A DNA stretch of 63,565 bases from Octopus sinensis. Its lineage: Eukaryota. Position 1 is the stretch's first letter. Each line of letters opens with the position of its first letter. The stretch lies in assembly GCF_006345805.1 (NCBI RefSeq), contig NW_021831870.1, positions 1-63,565 on the forward strand, given 5' to 3'. The position numbers were made by a program, and so were the translations under genes. Below are positions 35,115-48,094 of the stretch, piece after piece. The notes beneath the pieces were generated by a model. It ran no database searches. It was given only the letters and a program-made list of their open reading frames with translations, and was not told where the DNA came from.

Positions 35115-35660
35115 AGATGAACTCGAAACTAATTTACATAAAGGTTTTTAAATTACGTCCAGCAAGTTGCTTAATCTTTGGGTGCTGGATGCAGGTCTGG
35201 CAACAATCAGACGCAATTTGAGATCAGTTGGAGAATCTTTACATATGGAATATCGAGGTCTTTGAAGCTGCTATTGCGCTATCTGGAATTATGGATTTTA
35301 GGGAGTCCATAAAAATGACTTGTTTTCACTTCAAAATTGGTTAGGTAATCTGACTCCTTTTTAATTAAGTCATTTTCGAATTTATTGGTAAATTTACCAA
35401 TTTTGCTCATAGTTTGTTTATCAATATTGTTATCTAGTTTTCTGTAGAATGGCTGGTCACTGAGTTGTTCTAAGACCATTTCCCTATAATGGGTCTTGTC
35501 CATTATTACAATGGCTCTTCCTTTGTCAGCTTCTTTAATGACGATAGATGAGTCTTCTCGTAGACATTGTAATGCTTTTTGATCCTCATCAGTAATATTT
35601 TGTTTTACAGGGTTTGCTGGAACGTTTGAGTAAGCAGAGCTTTTCAGGTATATCATATAT
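35115..35660 (-). pseudogene. Penelope-like element reverse transcriptase fragment
   Basis: NITDEDQKALQCLREDSSIVIKEADKGRAIVIMDK..FYGLPKIH; after stop and frameshift DLKLRLIVARPASSTQRLSNLLDVI*KPL. Confidence 0.9.
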
Positions 35661-35714
35661 TCCTCTAGATGTTTGTTTCTGCTTATATATATATGTATGT
35701 ATATGTATAATCTT

Positions 35715-36176
35715 CTATGTTTTACTTGTGTCAGTCATTAGACTGCGGCCATGCTGAGGCACCTTGAAGAATTTTTAGTTGGATGAATCAACCCCAACAC
35801 TTATTTTTTCACCCAGTACTTATTCTATCAGTCTCTTTTGCTGAACCGCTATATTATGGGAAAGCCAACACATACATATATATACATACATACACAAACA
35901 CATATAAACATACACATACATACATACACACACATACATACATACATACATATACATACATATACATACATACACATACACACACACACACATACACACA
36001 CACATACATATATATATATACATACAATGGGCTTCTTTCAGTTTTCTTCTACCAAATCTACTCACAAGGCCTTAGTTGGCCCAAGAAGACACTTGCCCAA
36101 GGTGCCACACAGAGGGACTGAACTCAAGACTGTGTGGTTGGAAAGTTAGCTTCTTATCACACATCCATGCTTGTGC

Positions 36177-36177
<1 letters not shown>
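35715..36177 (-). mobile_element. SINE family A
   Basis: Both halves present around an (ATAC)n tract. Confidence 0.8.
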
Positions 36178-36240
<63 letters not shown>

Positions 36241-36289
36241 GGACACTGACTTGAAGAAATTTTAGTCAAATGCACCAACTGCAGTCCTT

Positions 36290-36427
36290 ATTCATTGATC
36301 TTTTAGGAATGGTACTTGTTTTATTAGTCCTTTGCCAAACTGCTAATTTACAAACATTTAAACAAACAATCACTGGTCGTCAAGAGTTGTGGAGGACAAA
36401 CACAGACAGGAAGACACATCCATACAC

Positions 36428-36460
<33 letters not shown>

Positions 36461-36630
36461 TATACATGACAATATGACAGGCTTTTTCCAGTTACCATCT
36501 ACCAAATTCACTCACAAAGCTTTGATTGACCTGAGGCTATAGTAGAACACACTTTCCCAAGGTGCTACATAGTGGGACTGAACCCAGAACCATGTGGTTG
36601 GGAAGCAAGTTTTTTACCACACGGCCACAA
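36290..36630 (-). mobile_element. SINE family A, diverged
   Basis: Both halves recognisable. Confidence 0.72.
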
Positions 36631-36734
36631 ATTACCTTGACTATAAATGTGTTCTACCCTTTTTTTATCTGAGTCCTTAAGTTTTTTAAGATGACTATTG
36701 AACAAGGGTCACATTTCCATGACTGTCCTCCCCA

Positions 36735-36905
36735 GGCAATAAGCCTGTCTTTTCCTCCAAAACCAGACCTTATATTCATTTCTACTCTAGTTACAAGGCC
36801 TGAGATTTTGTGGGGAGGGTCCAGTCGATTAGATCATCCCCTGTACACAACAGCACTTAATTCATCGCCCTCAAAAGGATGAAAGGCAAAGTCGACCTCG
36901 ACAGA
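36735..36905 (-). mobile_element. SINE family B partial
   Basis: AAAGGATGAAAGGCAAAGTCGACCTCG motif. Confidence 0.65.
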
Positions 36906-37356
36906 AAAAAAAAAAACAGACTTTATATTAACCAGATCAAAAGATGTTCTGCATGTTTTCTTGAGAAATTATATCTCTTAAAGAATTTGAATGCTTCCAA
37001 TAACCACATAATTTCCAGGAGTGAGATTTTTTTCTGTATGTCCACATTATAAGAATTACATCTCGGCAGAATTTAAAAATAGGCCACCAGACAAAGGTAA
37101 ACCGTTAATATTTTGTTATATGTTATAAACATTTGTTTATTTTAACATTGGTTATCTCCCTTATGTTTTCTTTTTGTCTTCTTTCTTATCAATGTCCCTT
37201 GTTTAAACATAATTTGTTTAAAAAACAACAGACACTCAGTCTTGATCTTAGCTTGAAAAATGATGAAATAAATTAATGTTTCAACCAGGAAACGTTGGGG
37301 AGTTGTATTTAACAAGAATTGTGGTTATCATAACATTATATCTCTATATAAACTAT

Positions 37357-37953
37357 GAGCTCTGTTGCATGACTTTTAGAAGGCCCCCTGCAACTTTTCT
37401 TTTGAGGCCCCATCACTTCAATCAAAATTCATAATCTACGCACCTTTTATTCATGGCTTATATTTTACTTTATTCTGTCTGAAGTTCAATATTTCATGTT
37501 ATCCTAAAGAACATCTTTAAAAGTATGAGTTAAATTTATTTAGGTCTATTAAAAATTTCAATAAGTAAAACTTCCGGATATGAATAAAAGAACACTTTTA
37601 TAATCCAGACAACTTTCAAAGACAAACACAGTGCACTTTTTGCTTTGCAAAATCATTATTCAGTTCAGAATAGAGAAGCTGAGAGCTAAGTTCATGTTCA
37701 ATAGATATCATAGACAGACCACAAAGTCTGGTACACATTCGTGGTAAATGTAATATTTTTACAAGAATGTAAAATGTACAATGTATTACAATTTTAGTTC
37801 TTGAAATTTTCAGTTAACATATTTTAATTCTTGTTCAACATCTTAATGAAAATAAATAGACAACTCATATGCACACTTTAATCTTAACATGGGGCCCCCT
37901 CAACCACGGAGGGCCTTGGGACCATAAGGGTTGCAGGGGCTTAGCAACAACCC
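37357..37953. mobile_element. Possible decayed hAT-like non-autonomous element
   Basis: Degenerate termini ..CTGTTGC / GCAACAACCCTG with GGCCCC subterminal motifs at both ends. Confidence 0.35.
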
Positions 37954-37994
37954 TGAAACCACAAAACGTCAGGAGGTAAGAAAGATTAAAATAT

Positions 37995-38247
37995 TTATAT
38001 ATCTTTACTACCCACAAGGGGCTAAACACAGAGGGGACAAACAAGGACAGACAAACAGATTAAGTCGATTACATCGACCCCAGTGCATAACTGGTACTTA
38101 ATTTATCGACACCGAAAGGATAAAAGGCAAAGTCGACATCGGCGGAATTTGAACTCAGAACGTAAAGACAGACGAAATACGGCCATGCATTTTGCCTGGC
38201 GTGCTAACGTTTCTGCCAGCTAACGTTTCTGCCAACTAACCGCCTTT
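37995..38247 (-). mobile_element. SINE family B, long tail
   Basis: Reverse complement of 57709-57945. Confidence 0.88.
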
Positions 38248-38637
38248 AAAGATGAAAATTTTTATTTAATCCCTTAACATCCTTCGGATTATGGCTGTTT
38301 TCGCAGCCTTCTCCATGTAATAATAACTGCAGTGCATAATTATGTCTACTTGTCTGCACTAATATGCATGCGATACATTATACAATACAGTTGTGTATTC
38401 ACAAATCAATACAAATAAAGAAAGCTAGTTCATCAGATCAGTGGAACATCATGGTTAGACCAGTGATTCAACTCTAAGCACACATCTTATCATATGCCCC
38501 CCCCCCCCATATACATATATATGTAGACATGAAATTACGTTTGAACCTCTGGACAATAAGAGATGAGAATTTGGTGACCTTCTGTATCTGAGGACATATT
38601 ATATTTTTTTTAACATAATATATATATATATATATAT

Positions 38638-38925
38638 CATCATCATCATCATCAGCGTTTAACGTCCATTTTCCATGCTAGCATGGGTTGGACGGTTTGA
38701 CCAGGGTCTGGGAAGCCAGTAGGCTGCACCAGGCTCTGGTCTGATCTGGCAGTGTTTCTATGGCTGGATGCCCTTCCTAAGGCCAACCACTCCGTGAGTA
38801 TAGTGGGTGCTTTTTACATGCCACCTGCACAGGTGCCAGGGGAGGCTGGCAACGGGCACGATCGGTTGGTGCTTTTAACGTGCCACCAGCACAGGTATCA
38901 CAACTACAATTTCCATTTGATTCTT
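38638..38925 (-). mobile_element. Family F retroposon
   Basis: (CAT)n-GTTTAACGTCC..CCATGCTAGCATGGG. Confidence 0.85.
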
Positions 38926-39251
38926 TTTTTATGTTGATGTACTTGACAAAATATATATATCCATATCCATATCATTATCATCATTTAAACATCCACTTTT
39001 TCATGCTTAAATGAATTGGCAGAGTTCATTGTGGCACATTTTCTACAGATGAATGCCCTTCTGGCTGCCTGGTCTCATCTGCTTCTAAGTGAGGTAAGGT
39101 TTCCACATGGACAAACATATATTTACACCATTTTGGAAATGAATGTCATTGCTTGTATGACTGTGACATGCATCTACATCAATCACACACTATGAAGATA
39201 AAGAAACACACATACAGACATATGTATATGTATAGCATATACATGTCTGTA

Positions 39252-39282
<31 letters not shown>

Positions 39283-39284
39283 AA

Positions 39285-39485
39285 ATTAGAAAAAAAAACC
39301 TTTTATCAATTCAAAATGAACAATTAAATTACACCATCTAGAAAATTACATATAATAGAAATATTAAAAATATTATGTTATTTTATCTTTAACATTTCTA
39401 TTATATGTAATTTTCTAGATGGTGTAATTTAATTGTTCATTTTGAATTGATAAAAGGGTTTTTTTTCTAATTTTTATATATATAT
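39285..39485. repeat. AT-rich near-perfect palindrome (about 90-bp arms) between TA runs
   Basis: AAATTAGAAAAAAAA..TTATCAATTCAAAATGAACAATTAAATTACACCATCTAGAAAATTACATATAATAGAAAT mirrored at about 39393-39480. Confidence 0.88.
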
Positions 39486-39567
39486 ATCATATTTTGTGAA
39501 ATTTGATTTAGTATTTCTAAATTGAATTTTTCCCTGTAAGTTAGGAATAATATACCCTCAAATAATT

Positions 39568-39609
<42 letters not shown>

Positions 39610-39719
39610 TATACATGTCTGTATGTATATATATGTGTGTGTGTGTGTATGCATATATGTATATACATATTTATGTATGTAGGTGTGTGTATATATATAT
39701 ATATACACATATATATGTA

Positions 39720-39878
39720 CAATGAGCTTCTCTCAGTTTCCATATACAAAATCCACCCACAAGTCTTTCCTCAGCCTTAAGCTATAGTAGAAGACATTCT
39801 CTCAAGGTGCCACATAATGGGAATGAACCTGAAACCACATGGTCCAAAAGTAAATTTCACAACCACACCTGTTCCTAT
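39720..39878 (-). mobile_element. SINE family A 5' half, diverged
   Basis: Reverse complement of the head. Confidence 0.65.
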
Positions 39879-40382
39879 ATTAGCAGCTAGAACTATTCTT
39901 AAGACAATGAAAGACATCAGCTACATAAGTCAGTCATGATATTTTCTTCAAAGAAAGTTAGTTTTGAGTTCATGTTGTGCCAATTTTTTTAGTCAAGCCT
40001 ATATTTCCAAGACCAATCCAATTCCATAGCTTTTCATCTGTGCTATTCTTATTTATTGTTCCTTAATTTAATTTCGGCACTCAGTAATGAAAGTGTCTAA
40101 AGATCGGGTGTATTTTAATGAAATACCACTTAGAATATCGGAAATTCCTCAGCAAACAAAGTTGTCCTTAATTAATTTTACAGCTAAATTCCCTGGAAAC
40201 AAACAAGTCATTAAAATTCCTTAATCTGGCTAAATCAAAACTCTCTCCAGGAAATTACCTTATCATAACATCGATATTTACAAAGACGATATCTTACCTA
40301 TCGAAACAAACTACCACCCATCCTTTGTCTCTGTCCCCTATTCCCAGGATTGTGTGGTAGAGTCCTTAGGCACTTCCTCTGT

Positions 40383-41467
40383 AGGGTCCTATCAGAAGTA
40401 ATTGTTATTAGACTTTCAGGCTTGGTTCCCAAGCATAACCAAGTGAGATTCTGGATATCATCTTGGTCCACCCCTGGGTTTCCTGCTATATGCCTTAAGA
40501 ATCCAACTTGCCATTTTTTCCACTGACATTCTAATCAGACATCTATTGTACTTGAGCTGTGGTGGGGTAGAGGCCTCAGGCACCGCCTCCACAAGGTCAT
40601 ATCAGTAGCAACAGTCATTATAGCTACCAGCTGAACTTCCAAACATGACTGAGACTATGGATATCATCGAACCATCTCATTCTTGGTTTATCCCTGGGTT
40701 TGTAGAGGCATGTGGCTGGTTGACATGGCTTCAAGAATCCATCTTGCAATTCTTTTCTGCAACATTCTAATCTCATGTCTGCAGTGCCAGAATTGTGACT
40801 TCTCAATGCAGAAAAATAGCAGTTCGACTAGGAGAGATTCTCATTAAGGTTAGGGAGCAGAGTTCTCACTCATCTTGTCCATAGCGTCTTATCAGAAGCA
40901 ACTGTCATTATACTTTTATGCTCAAGTCTCAAGCATGGCCAACTGTTATAAAAGATACTATCCAACCATTTCATTTTTGGTCTTCCCTAGATCTTCTACT
41001 GGTTGACATGGCTTGAAGAATCTGTCTTCCAATTCTGTCCTGTGTCATTCTAATCATATGCTTATAGTACCTGAGCCGTGACCTCTCAATGCAGAGAAGT
41101 AGGAACTCAGCCAGGTGATAAAAGAAAGGTAAAGATACCTTCTTGAGTCGTACAAACTCACAAAGGCTTGTTTCTCAGTTTCATATCTATATTCCCCACC
41201 TGGACGGGACGCCAATCTGTCACAGGATTGCTCATTTTTGCCAGCTGAGTAGACAGGAACAATGTGAAATGAAGTGTTTTGGTCAAGAACACAACGTGTC
41301 GCCCATCCAGAAATTGAAACCACGATCTTACAATCATGAGTCCAATACCCTAACCATGAAGCCATGCACCTCCACGCAACCAAGAGGGACTCAATGATAT
41401 CCAAGCTATGCACCTTGTCACATAATATTACACCAGAGATCCTTTGGAAGAACACTATTTTGGTCAC
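40383..41467 (-). pseudogene. RTE-clade LINE ORF2 C-terminal remnants in three tandem diverged units; last unit split by a SINE
   Basis: Unit 3: KIVFFQRISGVILCDKVHS..LLLCIERSRLRYYKHMIRM..DRIGRQILQA; unit 2: PRDKPRMRWFDDI; units start near 40383, 40594 and 40884. Confidence 0.72.
41125..41375 (-). mobile_element. SINE with family C head and type-2 tail, inserted in the RTE remnant
   Basis: Head matches C; tail CCTGTGACAGATTGGCGTCCCGTCCAGGTGGGGAA matches 12055-12095. Confidence 0.78.
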
Positions 41468-42116
41468 TTGTATTCGTGATCACATTTTTTGCGTTCGTTA
41501 CCCATCATTTATGATCATAGTTGAGGATACACAAACTTGACCAAAAACATAGAAGTGCTAAAACAAACTTGACCAAAAACAAAATCAAACAGTTTTAATA
41601 AGATTAACAGATAAACTCAGCAAATATGCAAATATGTAACAACTAGACAAATTAAAATCACGTCTCATCTTGTCAAAAAATACAAAGAAAGTAAACACCA
41701 TACCACAAAAATTAATCAATGATGAGGCAGAAAATTGACAGCCAATTAGCAAGTGCAAAAATTAACGCAAGTAAACATAATTAAGAGACTACAATCACAT
41801 TAATGAATATAATAAAATAATTTGTAACAGTTCTCATCTGAAGATTGCAATGGCATGAAACTCAATTCCAGAGATAAACATCATGTGTGTGTGTGTGTGA
41901 GTGTGTGTGTGTGTGTGCATGTACATGTGTGTGTATGCTAGTTGGTTGATTGGTTGGTTTATGTACCCTTAACTTAGCAGTTTGGTAAAAGAGAGTGATA
42001 GAATATATTATAGACTTAAAAGAATATTAAGTACTATCTGTTTATTTATCTATCGATAGACATAGATAGATGGATAGTTAGATAGATAGATAGATAGAGA
42101 GATAGATAATTAAACT

Positions 42117-42209
<93 letters not shown>

Positions 42210-43258
42210 CATCATCTATTCAATATGTTTTTCTTGATTTTTTTCTTCAAACTCTCGATCATAAAACATCTTCATCAAAGACAGCAATGAATCTAATGAC
42301 TATAATAGCTCCAAAAAATAAAACCTAAATACAAAAATGGAAGAAAAAAATATATAAAATTATTGACAGAAGAAGCTTCTAGAAGCAAAACCAAAATGAA
42401 AACGGAAAAATAAAATGGTAAAATCAAGAAGCTCTCTGTTTTTTTTTAGGTCTTTTTGTTTGTTTTTTTCTTTGTTGGTATTTTTTTAAAAGAAAAAATA
42501 ATTTTTATGAATTCTTTATAAAGTGTTTGCCAGAGGATATCAAACTATGAATGGTGCTGGGGAGAACATAACCATTTGGAAATTACTGGGTGACGCTGGC
42601 AATTTACACTTCCTTAAGTTTTAGCCTCTGTGTGCCCCTTGTTGTTGCTATCACTGTTCTTAGTTTATTTGTTGTTGTTGGTGTTGTTGATTCGAATTCT
42701 CAACACCCTGTCAGCCAACACCACCACCACCACTGCCATCATTACCACCACTGCTGCCGCCATTACCATCACCGTTACCACCGCCACCATCACTACTTCT
42801 ATCGTTTCTATTCATTTAGAGTTTCAGAGGTGAGAAAAGCTTATGATTTTTACTCGGAGGGGTTGGAGGAACAGGATGGTGGAGGAACATCAAGAGGAGA
42901 GTTTGGGGTTTGAAACTAAAAATCCATCCACCACCTACCCTTCCCATCCACCACTTGCTTTTACCTGACACCTAAATTTTTCTTTTGTTTGTTTCTTATT
43001 CTTTCTTTATTGCAGATCTCCCCCCCCCACCCTAAAAAAAACACATCTTCCTTCATCCACCCACCAACAACATTTTCCTCTTTTCTGTTTTGGTATATAG
43101 CTGCATGTCTGTAAATATGTGTGTGATGATGATGATGATGTGTATGTGTGTGTATGTGTGCATACATGTATGTATGAATAAATAATATATATACATATAT
43201 ATACACATATATGCATGAATACATATATATACATATATGAATATATGTGTTTGCGTGC

Positions 43259-43290
<32 letters not shown>

Positions 43291-43309
43291 TGTATGTATG
43301 AATAAATAA

Positions 43310-43370
<61 letters not shown>

Positions 43371-44018
43371 CATATATATGTATGTATGAATAAATAAATA
43401 AATATATATATATATACATACATGTGTGTATGCATAGATATATATATATATAGACATGTGAGAGAGTGTATAAGTGAAACGAAGAGAAAGAGAGAGGTAG
43501 AGAGAGTGAGAGAGAGAGAGAGAAACAGACAGGTAGACAGAAACGGTAAGAGAATCTATGCGTGAATATTTTTTAGAATTATATTTATTTATTTATATTT
43601 ATGTATATTTATTGTTTGTGTTTTATAATTACACCAGAAGGCTCTTTGGTTTTAAGCAAGGAACAGATGAAAGCTATTGCCTGCAGGAGATGGTTTTATG
43701 GACAGAATCTAAACTGAACAGAGCAACTGCTGCAGTTCCATTTAATGTATAAGTTACAGTTTATGGATGAACTTAGAGTTTGCATTTGAAGAAAACATTT
43801 GAAGATGGTTTACATGTGCATCTTAATTTTTGCATTTGACAAAAATATTTGGAGATAGATTACAGCTTAATTTGCTGTTGAACTTGTAGTTTGCATTTAA
43901 AGAGAGCAACCAAGGATAGATTATAGCTTAAATTGCAGTTTAACTAACAGTTTGCTGTCGAAGAAAACATTTGGAGATAATTTACAGTTGTAATTGCTGT
44001 TTACAATTTAAATAAAAA

Positions 44019-44019
<1 letters not shown>

Positions 44020-44049
<30 letters not shown>

Positions 44050-44270
44050 TTAAAATCTGTTTTCCATGCTGACATGGGTCGGATGGTTGGACTGGAGCTA
44101 GTAAGACCAGCGTCCCACACCAGGCTCCATTGTCTGATCTGGAATGGTTTCTGAAGCTGGATGCCCTTCCTAACACCAGCTGCTCCATAGAGTGTACTGG
44201 GTACTTTTAACATGGTAGCAACACAAGTGCTTTTGTATGTGGCACCAGCATCACCATCAGTTCTGCTGTG
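44020..44270 (-). mobile_element. Family F retroposon, diverged
   Basis: (CAT)n tail; GCTGGATGCCCTTCCTAAC. Confidence 0.75.
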
Positions 44271-44286
44271 GCAGATGGGTCTTAGG

Positions 44287-44947
44287 TTAACCCTTTAGTG
44301 TTTAAACCAGCCATATCCAGCTAAAATATTCTACCTGTTTTATGTTCAAACTAGTCAGATATGGTCATTCATAGCTACCTTATTGTGTCGTTTTAAAAAT
44401 AAACAATCACAGCTGTGATACCAGTGCCGGTGGCACGTAAGAGAACTAGCTGTGATACCAGTGCCGGTGGCATGTAAGAGAACCATCCGAACGTGGCTGT
44501 TGCCAGCACCGCCCCGACTGGCCTCATGCCGGTGGCACGTAAAAAGCACCATCCGATCGTGGCCGTTGCCAGCCTCGCCTGGCCCCTGTGCCGGTGGCAC
44601 GTAAAAAGCACCATCCGATCGTGGCCGTTGCCAGCCTCGCCTGGCCCCTGTGCTGGTGGCACGTAAAAAGCACCCACTACACTCATGGAGTGGTTGGCGT
44701 TAGGAAGGGCATCCAGCTGTGGAAACATTGCCAGATTAGACTGGGTCTGGTGCAGCCTCCTGGCTTCCCAGATCCCAGTTGAACCGTCCAACCCATGGTA
44801 GCATGGAAAGCGGACGCTAAACGATGATGATGATGATGATGACATCATTGAAATCTCAAAGCCATGAAATGATGCAGGATTGATTTTACATGGTGCGAAT
44901 ACATAAACTTTACATTTGACAGAATAATCTGAATGCTAAAAGGTTAA
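44287..44947 (+). mobile_element. piggyBac-type MITE (second family) with a nested family F insertion
   Basis: TTAA|CCCTTTAG ... CTAAAAGG|TTAA; body rejoins as AAACAATCAC|ATCATTGAAATCTC around the insert. Confidence 0.8.
44411..44842 (+). mobile_element. Family F retroposon with internal tandem units
   Basis: GGTGGCACGTAAAAAGCACC units; (ATG)n tail. Confidence 0.88.
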
Positions 44948-45054
44948 AGTTTGCACCTGAATTTAGAGTTTGCATTTAAAGGTAGTTTTCAGCTTAAATT
45001 ACTGTTCAGTTTTAGGATGCAGCTGAAGTTAAAGTTTGTAGTCGAATTTACACT

Positions 45055-45258
45055 CTCTCTTTACTCTTTTACTTGTTTCAGTCATTTGACTGCAGCCATG
45101 CTGGAGCACCGCTTTTATTCTTTGTAAGCCTAGTACTTATTCTGTCGGTCTCTTTTGCCGAACTGCTAAGTTACAGGGACGTAAACACACCAGCATTGGT
45201 TGTCAAGTGATGTTGGGGGGACAAACACAGACACACAAACACACACATATATATATAC

Positions 45259-45290
<32 letters not shown>

Positions 45291-45646
45291 GTATATATAC
45301 ATATACATATTCCTTTTTTTCCCTCTTATCATTCATTTGATGTTTTCCCCATCTCTTCCTTCTTCTTTTCTTCTAATTCTTCTACATCTTCCTTTTCTCC
45401 TCCCCTCCTCCTCCTCTTCTTCTTCCTCCTTCTCCTCCTCTCTTATCTTATCTTACCATTTTTACCAATATATACATATACATATATATGACGGGCTTCT
45501 TTCAGTTTCCGTCTACCAAATCCACTCACAAGGCATTGATCGGCCTGAGGCTATAGTAGAAGACACTTGCCCAAAGTGCCACGCAGTGGGATTGAACCCG
45601 GAACCATGTGGTTGGTAAGCAAGCTACTTACCACACAGCCACTCCA
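45055..45646 (-). mobile_element. SINE family A with a ~155-bp pyrimidine-rich insert (45310-45465)
   Basis: Both SINE halves intact; insert matches the reverse complement of about 46510-46655. Confidence 0.85.
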
Positions 45647-45999
45647 TGGGAGGAAGAAGCAAAGGAACAGTTTGCATTTAAAGATAGTTTTCAACTTAAA
45701 TCAAAGTTGAATTCTAGAATGAAGTTGAAGTTAAAGTTTGCTGTTGAATTTTTGGTTTGCATATCAAGTTTGCATTTAAAGATAGTCTTTCAGGTTAAAT
45801 TGCAGTGGAATTTACTGTTGGAACTGAATTTCAGTTGGCAGATGACATTGTAACTGAAATAGAGTTTGCATTTCTAGTTGAAGATATAACAAATGGTTTA
45901 TTTGAAGTAACACTTATAGTTACAGAGCTGGAGTTAAGTAATAGTTTTATAGTTGCTGCTGTGTTGTGTTGTTTTATGATTTAAAAGCAATGAAGATTA

Positions 46000-46670
46000 A
46001 GGAGTAAGAAGGAGAGAGAGAGAAATGGGAGAGGGAGAGAGAGAGAGGGAGAGAGAGAAAAGGGGCAATGATGAAATGGAATTTGGAGCAGACAGTGGGG
46101 AGACGGAGAGGTTTGCAGAGAAGGCAGCTGCAAAGAAGGAGATGAGGAGGAGGAGGGGGAGGAAATGAGAAGAGGAGAAAAGGAGGAAAATAAGAGAGGA
46201 GGAGGAGGAGGAAAATGAGAGGAAGAAGAGGAGGAACAATTAGGAGAAAGAGGAGGAGTAGGACAGGAGAGGGGGAGGTAGAAGAGAGGAGGAGGAGGAA
46301 GAGAAGGGGAGGTAGAAGGAGGAGAAAAAAGAAGAGAGGAAGAGGAAGGAGAGAGGAGGAGGAAGAAGAGAGGAAGAGGAAGAAGAGAAGGTGAGGTAGA
46401 AGGAGGAGGAAAAAGAATGAGAGGAAGAGGAAGGAGAGAGGAGGAGGAAGAAGAGAGGAAGAGGAAGAAGAGAGGAGGTGGAAGAAGAGAGGAGGAGGAA
46501 GAAGAAGAGGACAGGAGAGGAGAAAAGGAAGAAGTAGAAGAGGAGGAGTTGGAGAGGAGAAAAGGAAGAAGTAGAAGAAGAATTAGAAGAAAGGAAGAAG
46601 GAAGAGATGGGGGAAAACAACAAACGAATGATAAGAGGGGGGAAAAAAAAAGAAAGAAAGAAGATAAGCG
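46000..46670. repeat. Polypurine (GAG/GAA)-rich tract with internal ~30-bp repeats
   Basis: Direct reading. Confidence 0.9.
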
Positions 46671-47479
46671 AAGAAGCAAAGCAACAATGCTTCTTCATTC
46701 TCTCTCGCAGTTAATCAATTTATATTAGTTGCCATTTTTGGTTTGTTCGTGACTCATGCCAAGCCACAACCAGCTTCAATTTACAACAAGAACGTGACCT
46801 TTCAACGATGGAGATGCTGGCTCGAAAATAATATATTTAATAACCTTTTTCTAATGAACACTGCCGAAGAAGTGGTCTGCCATTGTTTAATCTAACCGGC
46901 AGCTAGGACCTTGGCTTTTTCGTTTGGTTTGGTTTTTTTTTTTTTTATTATTTTCCTTATGCTGGTTTTTATTTTTTGAAACTATAACAACCAGTAACTT
47001 TAACGACTCGACTCGTTTGTTCATTCAACTCATTCGTCTATCATTCAAACGCTAACCAACCAAATGCATTGACGGAAGAAGATGAAAATTAGAAAGGAAA
47101 ACAAGTGAAATAAAAGAACGTAGAATAAAAGTTTGGAGAGATAAAACAAAAGAAGAGGGAGGGAGGGAGGAAGAAGAATTTAAAACGAAAATATTCTGGA
47201 AACAAAGCATGTAAAAGAAACGGTAACAATGACAAGAGGAATAATGACAATGAAGCAATTGATAGCAACAACAACAACAACAACATGTAATAACAGCAAC
47301 AACAGTAACATCAACAACAACGACAACAACAACAACAACCACAAACAAAACTAGGAAATATAAAATATAGCAATAGAGATAATTATAATAATTTTGTCTT
47401 TATTGTTGCCACAAGGGCCATTATTGGGAGTAAAAGACAAGGACATGTAACAAAAAGTGAGGAGGTTTACATTATAACT

Positions 47480-48075
47480 GGCATTCTGTCGCCTACGATG
47501 ACAAGGGTTCCAGTCGATCTGATCAACAGAAAAGCCTGCTCGTGAAATTAACTTACAAGTGGCTGAGTACTCCACAGACATGCGTATCCTTAATGTAGTT
47601 CTCTGGGGATATTCAGCGTGACACAGAGTGTGACAAGGCTGGAGGAGGCGGAGGAGGAGGGAGAAGAGGAGAGGAGGAGGGAGAGGAAGAGGAGAGGGGG
47701 AGGTAGAAGAGAGGAGGAGGAACAAGAGAGGAGGAGGAACAAGAGAGAAGGAGGAACAAGAGAGGAGGTAGGAGAAGAGTGGACGTGGGAGAAGAGAGGA
47801 GGTGGAAGAGGAGAGGAGGTGGAAGAAGAAAGGAGGAAAAATTAGAAGAGGAGGGGGAGGGGAAGAGAAAAGGAAGAAGTAGCAGAATTAGAAGAAAGGA
47901 AGAAAGAAGAGATGGGGAAAACAACAAACAACAGGCGCAACTCATTTCTACAGCTGAGTGGACTGGAGCAATGTGAAATAAAGTGTCTTGCTCAAGGACA
48001 CAATGTGTGGCCAGGAATTGAACTCACAACCTTACGATCATGAGCTGGTTACCCTAACCATTAAACCACTCACCT
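47480..48075 (-). mobile_element. SINE family C split by a ~290-bp purine-rich insert (47641-47930)
   Basis: Halves flank the insert; the CCCTTTGAAAT seen in the intact copy at 24496-24506 is missing at the junction. Confidence 0.82.
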
Positions 48076-48094
48076 TCACATTAAAATAGTCCTT

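Noticed and set aside
46417-46728. Arg/Glu-rich ORF
   Set aside because: Translation of a polypurine low-complexity tract.
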